DNA from: Syncephalis fuscata S228
Lineage: Eukaryota; Fungi; Zoopagomycota
Direction of reading: 5' to 3'
DNA: 64,000 nucleotides
Assembly (NCBI GenBank): GCA_025786725.1
Contig: JAHLTZ010000012.1
Location: 662,020 to 726,019 of the forward strand
The notes beneath the pieces were generated by a model, which saw only the letters and a list, made by a program, of their open reading frames with translations, ran no database searches and had not been told where the DNA came from. The translations under genes and the position numbers were made by a program. Positions 47,331-61,600 of this stretch are shown one piece after another (the stretch's first letter is position 1; each line of letters opens with the position of its first letter).

Positions 47331-47765
47331 TATATGATCTATTTCTTTTCTATCTTGTTTCTGTTTACTTGAACCACACTTGTATATTATAATAGTTATA
47401 TTTACTAATAGCAATTATTTTATTATTTTATGCTTGTAGACCATTTCAACAAAAATATTTAACAATTCAGTGTAAAAAGCCTTTTATTTTATTGAATGTT
47501 ATTTTAACTTCAACTAATACCGTAATGTACATATTTAATTACATTATTGTGTTGATAATTACACATGAATTAATTAATGTTAGATGCAATATTATACATG
47601 TTATAGCGTGAGTAATGTTTAATTGTATTTAAAGTGTTGAGGGTGAAATGGATAAATAAAAATGTGGGAGTCAAAGTACAGTAGCTCCGCCGTAATAATA
47701 ACAGACACATAATAATAATATTAATAATAATCATAGAAATTAACCAAATATTCATGTGATTATGG

Positions 47766-50700
47766 TCATGCGGCCGTTAATTTGGCAACAGTCAATTCAG
47801 CTAAAAAATCGTTGAATTAATTAGTATAAATAATATATAATTGGGTGGTGTGTTAAGCATTGGCAATAGCTTACCTTTTGTAATGGTTAAATCTGCTTCT
47901 AAACTAGCCACCCGTTCCGAATTCGCTTGTTGTTCATAAGCACGCTCTGTACGTTCTCGTTGCAGCGATGCTTCAAGTTCTTTAATCCGTTGAGCCAATC
48001 TACGTAGCTGTCCTTCATCTACCGTTACTTCTTTATGCGACCCGTTTGATCCACTTGATCCTGGCGGTGCTGTTTGTGCAGTTGCTTCCATTTGCTCAAA
48101 CTGTGCCAATTCAAGTTTACGAATCGTATTACGTAGCTCAGCAATCGTGCCTTTCTGACCTCGACATTCTTCTTCAAGTTCGGCAATTAATTCATTTTGT
48201 TCGTCAACATTAAACATTAACTCTAGATATTTCTAGTTATATCAATATTAAAGGTTAGTATTAATCCATTTACGTACAATAGCTCTATCTACTTGCCTGA
48301 GTTCCTGTAAAATTGGCCAATGAATACCGCCTGACACATCCTTCTCCACTTGTGTACGTATATTAGCCATGTTATTCTCCATCTCCTTTAATGATAGCTC
48401 AAGTGTGTTATTTCTTTCTTTTAATCGATCAAGTTCTTCATAGGCTGTAGTATCACTTCCTGCTGATGAATCAAATTGAGTTATTTCAAGTATCGGTGAT
48501 CTAAGTTGTTGTTGTTGTTGTAACGATGAACCTAATAAGTCATGGGTTTGTCTCATTGCTTGAATCTCTCTATCCTTGGCAAGTAGTTGTGCTTTTAGAT
48601 CTGCCACTACAATGGCTGCACCTCCTGATAATCCCAAATCCTAATAATAAAATAATAATAGTCAAACATAGTCGTCATAATTAATTAATTAGTACAGGAA
48701 TTTATATTAACGCTATATAATAGCTACTATTCCCTACCTTTTTGTCATCATTTTCCCTATTATAATTTGTTTCATCTTCAAGTGTTGCTGATGATGAGGT
48801 AAGAATAAGTTCGGTAAGATGGTCAATACGTTCACGTAGTGTAGTTCTGGCCAGTTGTAATTCCATAACTTCTTCTTCAAACTATTAATAATCAAATCAT
48901 TTAATTGATTGTCTTTGATATTTAATTAGATTTACTAACCTTTTTGTTTTCTTGTTTCAAATGTTTAATTTCATCATTGCTAGTCGATCCCAATGCTTCG
49001 TTTGTGTGAATAAGACGTGCCTTAAGTTCCATAATCTCAAGACGATATTTTTGCAATAATGCTTTATCATCTACAACCTAACGAATAGTGGATAAATTAA
49101 AAGTTACTTGTTTAACCGGTTATCTTACTTGATTTGTATGAGCTGATGTGGTTACTTGCTTAATACTGGATGCAAATTTTAACGTATTTAAACTTTCATC
49201 AAGATTAGTAGCCGATGGTGCTAGAGTACAAATAACTGCTACTCTTGCGTTACCCGACAAGGAAGTTTGAAGCAATCGAGTAAGTTTCGAGTCTCGATAC
49301 GGAATATGACTTCTATTAATATTATTACATTAATTAGAAATGTACATTGTTTAAATACGTAATAAATTAACGACTTACTCATTTTCATTGGTCAATTTGG
49401 AAATGACCGTGCCCAAAGTTAACAAACTAGTACACATTAATATTAAATATTAGATGATGATGATGATTAGTAATATACACTTTTATATACCTTTTGTTAA
49501 TATAGGCTGTTTCACGACGACGTTCCACGGATACAGAAGCTTTTTCAGATCCGGCTAAATCAATTAGATTCTATAAATGATTAGTTAATTAATTATACAA
49601 TAAATAAAATATTAACGGTAGTACAAATCCAACATACCAACTGTGAAATGCGTACAGCGTTACGCGATCCACTTCGTCCAGCACGGGCACGTCGTACACC
49701 CATACTTAGATTGGGCATACCACGTTCACGGCTTTCAATAATCTATATTAAATATTAGTATTAGTTGTAATAAAATAGACACACTATAAACCAGCCTACC
49801 AATTGAAATATCGTGTGTGATCGACTACTGTGTTCATTATAGTCGGTGGTGCTCACATGTCGTTTAGCTATCATAAATTATATCAGCATCAAGCTATTGT
49901 ATAATAACAATATAATTACATTCTCCTTTACGGATTACACGCATAACTTGAGCTACTGAAGTAACAATTTCTTCTTTTAATGGACTGACATAAACACCAC
50001 GCTACCATACAAATACGATTAATATCAAGCAATTAATAATACATATTAGACCCTCTTACTTTACTGTCCTCATGAAGCTTTAAAACTAAATTTTCTGGTG
50101 ATAGCAAATCTTTAATCTGCTCATTGTAGATCTCCAAATATGCTACACGTAACAGATATTCTCTTGTCGTAGATCCTTGCTAAATAATCAATTAATACAT
50201 CAATGGGTTTGTTTTACATAGATAGCGCTATTTACCTCACGAATATATGAAAATACTTCAGAAACAGCTCGTGGAATAACTCCAGCAATTGATTTATCGC
50301 CTATTAAATATAAATTAATTAGTTAATTAATTGATTGATTTTATATTTATTGCTATTACTTACCCATCTATTGCCATTAGAATACACTTAATATTAAATA
50401 AATATATACTTACCATGGTCTACTACTGGTTAGATAAAATATTAATAATTATAGAGTGTAACACCTACATAAGTTTTACCCGATGAAGTTTGACCATAGG
50501 CAAATACCGTTCCTGTTAAATGATTATAATTAAGCTATTGTTAATGATCGATTGTTTAGCAAATTAATTACCATTGTAGCCTTCCATAGCCGATCTAAGC
50601 ATTGTTTACGTCAATGTTATAAATATAAATAAATAAATAGCGCTATCATCAACAAACAAAAACACTTACTTGACTACATCCTTTACTACTCGATGATACA

Positions 50701-51087
50701 CTTCGCCACTATCGATATTGGTCATAACGGCATCTAATTGAATGGTTTAAATAAATACTATAGATAAGCCATCGCTACCATATTACCCTTTTACTTACCA
50801 TAAAGTTGATCAAATGAATGTCGTCGACTTTCTGCAATATATGACGGATTCAATCGAATGCGCATGGGATCAGGGGTCTCCCATACGTTAATCTCGTTAA
50901 GTGGAAGTCGTCGTTCATTGCGGTTCGGCGGACGTAAACGTACTGCCACCGTAACATTCTCAGCGCGTCTTTCGTTAATAGACGAATCTGAGATGACGGA
51001 AGAAGCAGACGGCGACCGTGAATGAGCCGATGCACGAGACGACGCTCGTGCACCAAGTCGTGGTGAATTAATAGACGGACTGGCCAT
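47766..51087 (-). CDS. Kinesin-7 (Kip2/Tea2/CENP-E-like) motor protein, highly intron-rich
   Basis: ENVTVAVRLRP, AMEGYNG|TVFAYGQTSSGKTY|TM|MG, LRVAYLEIYNEQIKDLL, STTDYNEHSSRSHTIF, NLIDLAGSEKA, HIPYRDSKLTRLLQTSLSGNAR and ESLNTLKFAS, with a coiled-coil tail ending AELTVAKLTAA*. Confidence 0.93.
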
Positions 51088-54000
51088 TGGAAAAGAAAAG
51101 CAGTTATAGGTAACGAATTTTAGACAAAAGTGACAGCTAAAGAGGAATAGAGAAGGGAGAAGAGAGGACAACACGGTCAAAACACAGTTAGAGGTCGATA
51201 ACTGGATTTACAAGCGTATGAACAGAAGAATAAAGGGAGAAAGCAGGTGAATGCGTCTCGTGAATAGTTTTAATGCATGTGTGTGTAAGCACAAATTACA
51301 TGCTTATTTGTACTCTCTCGTGTTCCTCTCTCTCTTTCGCATTGCATACCACACGATCAATCACGTGGATTTCTAACAATGAACGATTTTACTTTAATAA
51401 ATTATATACAATGACTTTTTAACTGGCATCTATGATTTACCAGCAATAACCTGTGGCAAATATCAAATTATCGCTGATTCAATATCTATACAGACTGATA
51501 TGGTAAATTCAATTTCAGCACCAATACTATGTTTCAGTTCCATTATTTGCTCTGATGTAGTTTGCATTGAATCTTGACAATTTTGGTGTGTGCACCTGTA
51601 ATAGATGATAGTGTTAAACAAATTAAATTAAACTAAATTTTATTCAAATTAAATAGCGTAAGATTTCATAACAATTAACAACTGGACGTTTCATGGCATT
51701 GATAGGGACGAGGATTGGCAAATTGTTACACTATATGTCGCTTTATGATCGATACAGTGTAAAAGAATAAACATTCTACTGCTTATAAAGATTATAACAT
51801 ATGGCAAAAGTATATTATTCTATAATAAAAAACAATTAAAATAATGCAAGAAAAAACTACTTGTTGAGTTCTAGCTTACAGTAAATATCAGTGTATATAG
51901 GAAAATACAACATATATAAGAGATAGAGGTGTAAATAAATTCAGAGGTAAGGTAATGTATTGCAATGACTATTGAATTCAAAAGTATCAACTTGACTGTC
52001 AACAAATGTAATACATTATTTATGAAATTGTAATATTTTAATAAAGGTTTATGCCGTAGCAAATGTATATCAATTTTCTCTTTTGTAATATATATGAATT
52101 AAAAATATTTTATAAACTTGTCCGTATTTTAAATAATAAACGTAATACATTTTAAAAGTAACCATAATTTAATAATAGCACATTCAATGATTACACATAC
52201 ATTTTGCTTCATCTTCTAAAAGTATGTTTTATAATTACAATTGCTTTTAAAGTAAATTAAATTTTGTTATACTCATCTGATTCTTATTGCATCCATTACT
52301 TTATTGATATTTTTTATAATAATGAGTTACTGTCAAATGACATTTACTTTTTAATGTGTTTATTAACTTTTAATTGCTCTATAATAATAAGTGAATTTTT
52401 GTGTCCAATAACTTTTATTCTTTAGCTATTTTTATTGTATTTACTGTTATAGCTGAGAATATATTCTATGATAATGGCTTACTTTCAAGGTCAAATAACA
52501 TTAGTATTAATTACTCATATTAATAACACAACATAAAATCTACGTCATCACGCTTTTCTTTCTTTTTCTTCACACTTGATAACATAATACATCATATATA
52601 CTTGTACATTCCATGTATAATACTCGAATAGTGTCAGTATTTAAATGATTACTACTCAAGTACAAATACCTTCTACACTATGTACCTGCATTGCTCTTTT
52701 GTAATCTAATCTTTTTGCAAATTATCTTTACTGCTTTGATCATGTTATTGGTAACTGCTTGGACGCAATAAGTGCACTATTCGCTAACTAACACAAACAC
52801 AAGTATAAGCGCGACACTTGCTTACTTTTAAGATAAGTTGTTACAACAGGAAAGATTACAAAGCTATAGTCAATTAAATATATAAAGCAGAAGAAACAAA
52901 CAAATGAAAATAACATTATAGAACTCTTTAGATCAATACTGCACAATATTATACACAGAAAATAGTAACTCGACTATTTCACACATATACACACATCAGT
53001 AGTTTGCACTATTGTTTATTTGCAGTAGAATATCTGTATATACAACTTGTAGTATTACCATTTTGTTGTACTCATGCGGTTTAATACCATTACATTAGCC
53101 AAATAGGCCTGTATCGGACATGAATATTAAATAGTCAGTCTACACCTTGCTAAACCAGTAAATAGTTCGATAAACCATATGGTGCAATCACAACAACTAA
53201 CAGACATGTGACATTTGATGCTGTATTTACTTTTTATAGCAACAGCATCATGAATACCGCGAATTAACAACAAATGTATTCGACTGAAACAATATGATAT
53301 TGTTTATACAATACATGTAGTTGTAATAATATATAATGATATTTATTCAAGCTATTTCACCGATTCTAATAGCCATAACAATTAGCTTATTTATTTATAT
53401 TATTGCTTTGTCCACTTATTTAATTGATTGCTATTTCAATATACATACATACACAAATGCCATTAGCAACCATAAACAATATCAATAGTCTATACAGTAC
53501 ATTAGCATTGAGGCTTAGCTTTAAAAGTATATTGTTGCTAAGTATATTGTAGTCAGTGCATAGCGCTGTTATTAATGTAGATACATATTAGCTATATTAT
53601 TTGAACCAGTTGATTTTTAAAGCATTTCTAATACTTTTATTGTTTTATAGCAGCAATACACGTTATTTTCTATCATATGTAAGAAATATAGTGTAAATAT
53701 GTATGTAATATACGCAATAGATATAGCTGTAGTGTTTCGATTATATACAAATACTGTATCTGTAAATATATCCGTTAGTATTAAAGGTATCAGTTGTAGC
53801 TGCTTTGCGTGCTATGATATAGATGCAAACTGATTGCCTATCAATATTATATGCTTTTAGATAGTTAAATGCACCAGTATACGAGTTGATCAATATTATA
53901 TCAAAACAGTGAATATGTTGTAATGCTTCAAATGAATAAGCATATCCAAGATTGATTGATAATGCATTGTATACATCATATACTTATTTTACTGTCGATA

Positions 54001-54405
54001 CTGTAGCAATATGTAAAAATGGCAATGTTTGTCATTGTCGTGTTGTAGACACTGGCAATGACACCACACTATGTTCGGCAATACTTATACTACTATTATT
54101 AATAAACTTATAGTTTGCCGTTATGTTGATCGACTATAAAGCAATATATGAGCATTGTATAATAAATACTATGCACTACATGTATAGCTAGTATTGGTTT
54201 TATAGTCATGACCTTGATGAAGGTGTGCGAATAGCAATGCTGAAGTTATAGTGCATGCAGCTCAATAGAAAAATTAAGCTGAAATATATTACTAATAAAG
54301 CTATAAACAAACAAACAATAATTATGAATGGAGCGTTAATACTTATAATACAATGATGTAAAAGTGAATAAGTATAAAATAGGAAAGACATAAATAACAG
54401 TAGTA

Positions 54406-54810
54406 AAGTTATTGAACATATACGCATGAACAGATGACCGACATTAGTCGATATTTATTATTAATAAAGTTAGAACAGAAATAAAATAGTTTTGGATAGA
54501 AGAAAGATGGGCGATTATAGAAAACATAAAAAGCGGTGTCAAAGCTACAGTGTGTATAGTGGAATGAGTGGAATGAGCAAAGTATATTGCCGCGTATAAA
54601 CAATAAAATGTGTCTAGTGTATCGTAGAATGATACATAGTAGTGTGGGACAGGATGGGAATGATATAGGTAAATGGTGGATATATGCATACTGGATAACG
54701 AATCTATGATGACGAGTATTTGATGACTGATGTCACTCACCACCCATCATCATGTTCAATAGATTGGATGTTATTAAATATTAGTCATTTGTCCCCAAAA
54801 AGCAATAAGT
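54406..54810 (+). repeat. Dispersed non-coding repeat, copy 2 (more GC-rich)
   Basis: Homologous to the reverse complement of 46015-46468. Partial internal duplications lie at ~54243-54310 and ~54836-54902. Confidence 0.85.
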
Positions 54811-55029
54811 GTGATGATGTGACGATTAAATAAAACTCACCACTTGTCCCCATGTTCAATAGAGTGAATGTGCAGTGCAATTGCGCGAATGTTATTAAAT
54901 ATATTTATTTAATGCCAGCCACACTACATGTAATGATATTATGATTAAATAAATATAACTACAATTAAATAATAAAATAATAAAACATACTGACTTAATG
55001 AGCTTCAAATTCCAATTTAATCCTAATTT

Positions 55030-55870
55030 CAGCTATATTATCTAGTCAAATATAAACTACACAGCTACGCTATTATGATGATATAGTTGTATACTTGTAA
55101 TTATAATGCAATAATGTTAGCTATACTTGTACACAGCTATACTACCAGTTATATGGCCAATTATATTAGTATTTGGCTATACAATCATATGGCTAGGTAT
55201 GTTTATATTTCACTATACGGCTATTTGGCTATGCAACGAAAACCAAGTATACAAATAGGTAGCTATAGTATTAAACATACAAGCTATTATACACATTACT
55301 ATTTTGCTATACAGCTTTATATACCAACTACTATATAGCCATTTATATAGCCATGCAATTATACAGCTACATGATTATATGGATAATTTTATAAAACACA
55401 AACATACGACTAGCTATTTTGCTATATTTGTATCTCGCCAACAGTAATAGTATATTGCGCCCAGTTTCACTATACAACTGTTTGCCAACTATCTTGATAT
55501 TTTACAAAATAGACAGGCAAATAATTACCCTATGACCAAACAAACACAAGATAATATACACGCTGCTATTTTGCTATTTTCAAATAAAATGCTATGCTAC
55601 TATACTTGTATATTTTGACTATATACCAGCACAACTATACAAATAAACAAGTATATTTGTATATGGCTAACTAAGCAAATACATTTGTACATGGATAGCT
55701 ATATGTCTACACAGATATACATACAAGTATACAGCAGCATAAATATACAAGCATAGAATAAAGCATTCGGCTATTTCGCTATACAACCAACTAGATAAAC
55801 AAGCAGCTATATGATTATACAGTCAATCATACATTTATATTGCTATATGAGTAATTATACAATTAAACAG
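55030..55870. repeat. Degenerate GCTATA/TAGC-rich low-complexity repeat tract
   Basis: Numerous (a/t/g)gcta(t)a and tatac motifs on both strands with no credible ORF. Confidence 0.55.
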
Positions 55871-56172
55871 TTACATAACCAATTATAAAACTATATTTGT
55901 ATATGACCAAGTTTGATAAACAAATCATTTGATATTTGAATTGCCAGTTTATTTTTTGAAATAAAATTATATGTTTATTACTGCAAGTTTGCACAGCTAA
56001 ATAGGCACATATCAGTGCACACTTGTTAATAATATAATGGTGCCATGGATTAAAAAATGAATAAACCGGAGCATTGGATGGAGCTTGATATACGAATGCG
56101 CTGACCAGCAGCTGTTGAATAGACTTGTGTCCACATAACATATGCCTTAAATATATTGAACTAACAGCTCAA

Positions 56173-56433
56173 TTATATTACCAATAAGCCCTTGCGATCG
56201 TGGTTGCCACCACCAATGATAGGTATAGAAGGACCAGTGTAAGCAGGAGTGCAGCTAGTGCAATAGCCATCATCATCTCGACATTTACAAGCGCCAAAAG
56301 GAGGGATAGGGCCTCTGTCAGAACTTTCGTCTTTTGGAGCACGACGGGTGAGAGTTGGCTTAGCATCCACCATGGTTGTAGTAGCCACAAAGGCCACGAG
56401 AACGGTGCAGACGACGGCAATGGAAAGCTTCAT
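56173..56433 (-). CDS. Small secreted Cys-containing peptide (86-aa pre-pro-peptide)
   Basis: Signal peptide ending VDA|KP, propeptide ending in RR, mature part with CxC...CxxC. CT-rich leader and TATAAA upstream on the minus strand (~56584-56589). Confidence 0.8.
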   Translation of the reverse strand: MKLSIAVVCTVLVAFVATTTMVDAKPTLTRRAPKDESSDRGPIPPFGACKCRDDDGYCTSCTPAYTGPSIPIIGGGNHDRKGLLVI

Positions 56434-57545
56434 GGTGATGTTGACTTGTTAGTACAAAGTAGAGCAAGGATGGCGGTGTAGAGTGTAGCGCGTAATTGCC
56501 AGCAAGTAGAAAGTGAGGTTTGAGAGTAGATAGTAGCGAGTGCTTGGTAGAAAGTAGAGCATAAAAATGATTTCAGCTGTTGAATTTATACAATAATACA
56601 AATGTTTTTGGACTGCCGATTAGAAAATTAATGACTATTATGGTTGTTTCAGCTGCGTTTAAAATATCCCCCTCCGCTAACTACGTCAGCTTGTGTTTTC
56701 TTTTTGGCAATGTTCTAAAAATAGGTTGATAAATATAAGCTGCAATGAAGCGTATAATAATAAAGCAAAGATTGTATTAACACCATTGTTTATTGTATAA
56801 ATAAGGCTTGAATAGTGGTAATGTAAACAATAAGCAGTTATATCGCATATGCTTTACTATGAAAAGCATTAATTTGTAAAAACAGTGATAGTGCTATATA
56901 CAAGTGGTTATTAATTAATCCAAAAAAACACAAGTAAACGGATGAGCTATCTACCGCTGTTTCAGCTATTCCTTTTTGGCTATCTTACATTGCTGTCGCT
57001 ATATTTGTACTAGGAGTGTAGACATGATAGTTTGATTACCATTTTGAATGGAAAATGGCATTTAAATTCAGCTCAACACTTCAGCCAACATAGACAACCA
57101 TTCGTTTCCATTTTGAATTGCTACTCAGCTAGCTTTGTTTTGGATTGCGTATTGCCGCCCCTCATTATTCCTTTTTGACTATCCTATACCGCTGTCGTTT
57201 TATTTTTACTAAAACGTAAACGTGATAAACCAATTGCCAATTTGAATAGAAGACACCATTTGAATCTAAAACAGCACCCCCTATCACGATAAACAATTGC
57301 AAAATTCCATTTTGAGCTGTTCTTCAATTAGAATGTTTCATTTCCATGCAGGTCACCATCGGAAAGCACATATGTTTGTTTAAACAACAGTATGCTATGA
57401 GCTACTATTTGATATAAATAATTAGATGGTTTATTGGTTGTTTATTTCTTTATCACACACATCTTAGTTTCCACCTGCTGATTCTCACTACTGCAATCGC
57501 AACTGTTTACGAGGCAACAAGGATATAGACATTAAACACCGATTC

Positions 57546-58641
57546 ATGATGTTACTTGGAACCAACTATTTTTGCCGCTACTGATGCTACTATCAGCTGG
57601 TCAGAGTATGGCAGGAATTGCAGACTTTGCCGCTAAACAGGGTAGCAATTTAATGAGCTTTATTGCTACAAAAGGTAGCTATTGAATAGCTTTATTTGCT
57701 ATGCAATAATAACCATGACCCAATACTAGATCCTACCTTTGAGTATGGTTTAGATCGACCTGACGCACTTGGCGTCGAAGGCCTTAGCATTGATTATTCT
57801 ATGAGTTTAAAAGAAGGCGCGTATATTACGCAAGGAAAATACTTTGTAAAGAAAGACGATCAACGTAACGTTAGAGTTTTATATGGAAATAGCCAAACTG
57901 AAAATTGGACCTTTAGACTATTCAAAGTATGTATATCCATGACTAGTTTAAACCGCTGACACAATAACCTTGCTGGCAGAATATGTACTCTGGAGATTAC
58001 AACATGTTTGAAACACCAAAGCCTACTCCACATCCCCTTTATTCTGTTATTAAGAAGGCTCCTCCGCAAAAAGGATATGATTGCTACGTAGTTCTTAATC
58101 CAGGATGTGGAATACCTCTTTATAACTATTTCCGCCCAGGTCCTGATGGAGCAAACATGATGAAAGCTATATTTTCAAGCTATGTAAAAAGTACATATAC
58201 GACAGTTACAATAATTCTTTACTAATAATGGATTAACTAGTTATAAGCGACCTCAAATCAAAGCAATGGTGGATAAATGGAATCAGTCCCGTGTAAGTTG
58301 AATATTAACTATGATAACTGAACATACTTATATGATTATCAGCTATATGCATTACGCAAAATGCTGTAGTAGTAGGCTATGCCAATGGTGTGGTTCCTAT
58401 AATAGCATTGCTGCAGTCGACGAATCGAACGATGAATTATGGAAGTCGTTGGCCTTTTCCTACAAAAAATTCAACGCTGGTTAATGATAATCAAGCAGAA
58501 GACTATGTTAAAAAGCAATACAAGGATTTAGCAATTACAACAAATAAACAGCCACAATGTGGGCAACATTCAACGATATTTATTGAATAGTGCACTTGCT
58601 GTTAATAATAAAGAAACGCATACAATAATACCAATGGTTAG
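57546..58641 (+). CDS. Multi-exon secreted protein of unknown function
   Basis: Signal peptide MMLLGTNYF(L)PLLMLLSAGQSMA after restoring one T. GT-AG introns link ORFs 57696-57959, 57983-58225 and 58390-58590. The 3' end is uncertain. Confidence 0.6.
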
Positions 58642-61600
58642 GTGCATTCTCCGCCTTATGTCAAGCATCGTCCAATAGTATTGCTAGTTGAACAGCATAT
58701 AGTTGGAGTGCAGCATTTATGAATTTCGCTTTTGCTTAATCGATTATTTATTATATCGTGCTAATCAACAAACTGACTTATGATTTAGTGCAATGATGAA
58801 TAGTAGTGTTTAAGCTGTAGTGTACATAGTGTAATAGGCGAAATGAATAAAATTTCACGATGCGTGTATTGATATTACATATGAATATATTATTTTATAA
58901 ACTAAGTGTACAGCTCGATTCTGTGATAATAATCACAGCGTCCAATTGAAAACAACAATGTATCAGCCATGATAATTTTATAATTTAAGAAATTACGACT
59001 AGTTTATGCACAATGACAGATATATGTATGTAAATACAACTTATTATATTATATTACTGTTGTATCTGATGCGTATAGATTTGAGAATTAAATTTGTCGG
59101 TGAAAGCAGCAGCAAAGATGTAGCAATGCGCTATTGCTGTTGCTGCAGAACTAATAAATTCCGTTTTGCATTGTACGACTAATCGTTTAATAGCGCTGTA
59201 AATATTGGCATATAAATTCTATTACATACATACTGGATCATTAGTATTGTCACACCATTTCTGTAGATCTCACAGAAATTAAAGTAAATGCATGACTTTA
59301 CACCATCCTAACATTGATATATTGGCAAACATATGTTTTAAATTGTCATGTGGATGCACTGCTATCAATTTACATTCCACATTAATGATATGGTTCATAC
59401 AACACAGTATACTGATATCTCATCATATTTATAAACTTAAATGGCTAATGTAAGATGTGTAATTACCCGGTGTTATCAGCATTACAATCTGCTTTCTGCT
59501 AAACAGTTTATACTATAAACCTTTACTTTTTATTCCATCTGTTTATTTCAACAGATCATTATTACTATAAAGCTTTCTATTGCATCATCTGCATCATTAT
59601 TATACCGTTTATAGCCACTACAGTCATTGTGAATGCTAAGTCAGTTCCAATCCGTTGCAATATGTTTCAATCAAAATAGATATTCCAACTGTTATATTCA
59701 CTAACAATAGATTGGATTAATGATGCTACTAGATTGTAAGCTTCAATTATGAATTGTTACAATAATTGGTACATCCTCATACATACGATAAATGTAATAA
59801 ATACGTAAACAATGGTAAGTTTGTTATAAACTAATAAAGCAAATATTGTATTTACAATACTAATATGATAAGCTAATATTAATAAAAGGCAAGTAGTATT
59901 GTATGATGATTAGCACTTTAGTTAAATATATTTTATTTATCAAACTAAAAGAATAAAGTGTAAGCATTATTGTATATTAATCAATTATGTGCTCATTGCA
60001 TGTAATTTATTGTGCATCAGCAACTTGGTAGCAATAGGCTGCAAGTGATGCTGTAGGTTAAGTAGCTATGAGCTAATTACACGAAATGTACTGTGTGTAT
60101 CGAAATATTAGTGCTAATATGTGGTGTCACTGTATAATGGTTTGTCAACGGTATTATATGTCAATTAGTTATACACTGATTAGATTATGTGTAATGTGCT
60201 TATCAATAACTTCATATTTATAGCCGATAACTAGCATCTTATATTGATTGACTATGCGCTAATTGAACGCTTACTATGTACTTCAACAAATTAATACTAA
60301 CAGAAAATAGGGGATACTACATACCAATTAACTATACACTTATTAGATAATCTGTACTGTATGTATCAACTGCTTGCTAGTAATAAACGGTAAGTGATAT
60401 AGTATATCAATTAGCTGTATACTAGCTATATACTATGTGTTGCGTGCATCAGCATTCTGCCATTAATAGATGTTAGGTGGCATTTAGTATTGATATTTTA
60501 TACATTAACTATATAGTATGTTTTGTATTTGCTTATAGACATGGAATAGCTGGTACATTCAAGATGTTGGCATTGGCAGTATAATTAAACTACTAGTTCA
60601 ATATACTTTAAACATATATTCGTGGGGAACAAGACCATCCTACAGCCGTCGTTTAATCTATTAATATATCAAGTTTGGCCAATATCCCAATCTAGTCACT
60701 TTCTAGTGAATGGAATCATTATAGTACTAAATATGCACCTAGCTGCAATTATTTAGCTGTGCAAACTTTTAGTGATAAACGCATAATACATATTGATTAC
60801 ATTTGCTCAAGCTATTATATCTACGTCTAGATATGTTTATATTCAGCAGTTAGCAACCACTAACCAAGTAAAAACAATAATATTAAATTTGTATAAGCCT
60901 TCTGTATTAGCCTTAAACATAAATCAACGTGGCTATAACTATGTTGCTAATCAAGGCATGATTTGTATGTAACTATTTTAACAGCACATGCTAGTAATAG
61001 AATCTGCTGTATTTATGTGCAAGTATACCATGAATAGCATGAAAACTATCATAAGCATACAACCAGTGTAACATCATATTGGAATTGCTATAGCAGTTGT
61101 TTTAGCTTTCAAATACTGAACAGTGAGCTTTGTCATCTGTACTACTGTTAAGTAGACTAACAAGTGGAATGAATTTATAACAATAAAATTAACATTTGAT
61201 TAGCATAATATTTCTATTGCATTGCTGTTTATTTACGCACAACATAAATTACACATAGCCTAATTTCGAAATGATGTGCTAATACTAGTTTATCATTTGA
61301 TGCGGCAATGCATATTGTTATAAAGCAAGCAATACGACATTTAATAGTATATTATTTATTAAGCATTGTATAATTAGTACGTTATATTGCTAGATACAAT
61401 TATATTCAGTTTAAGCGATTAATAAACTGTGCACTAGTCGATAATAAAGTTAAAAACAACTAAGATTAACATAAGACAAAAGATGGCAAACAGCACATAA
61501 AACAATATACTTGGAGTAAACAACAAATATTGTTAAGAAAATGAATGACGCAAAATCGGTTGACATCATTAATTAATATACAGTGATTATAATAGAATGG

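Noticed and set aside
51400-53350. Possible decayed coding fragments upstream of the kinesin gene
   Set aside because: Only short stop-interrupted stretches with no motif I can assign.
54206-55338. Hydrophobic ORFs of 64-99 aa
   Set aside because: They fall in AT-rich repeats, are I/Y/F/L-biased, and do not appear to be preserved in the other repeat copy.
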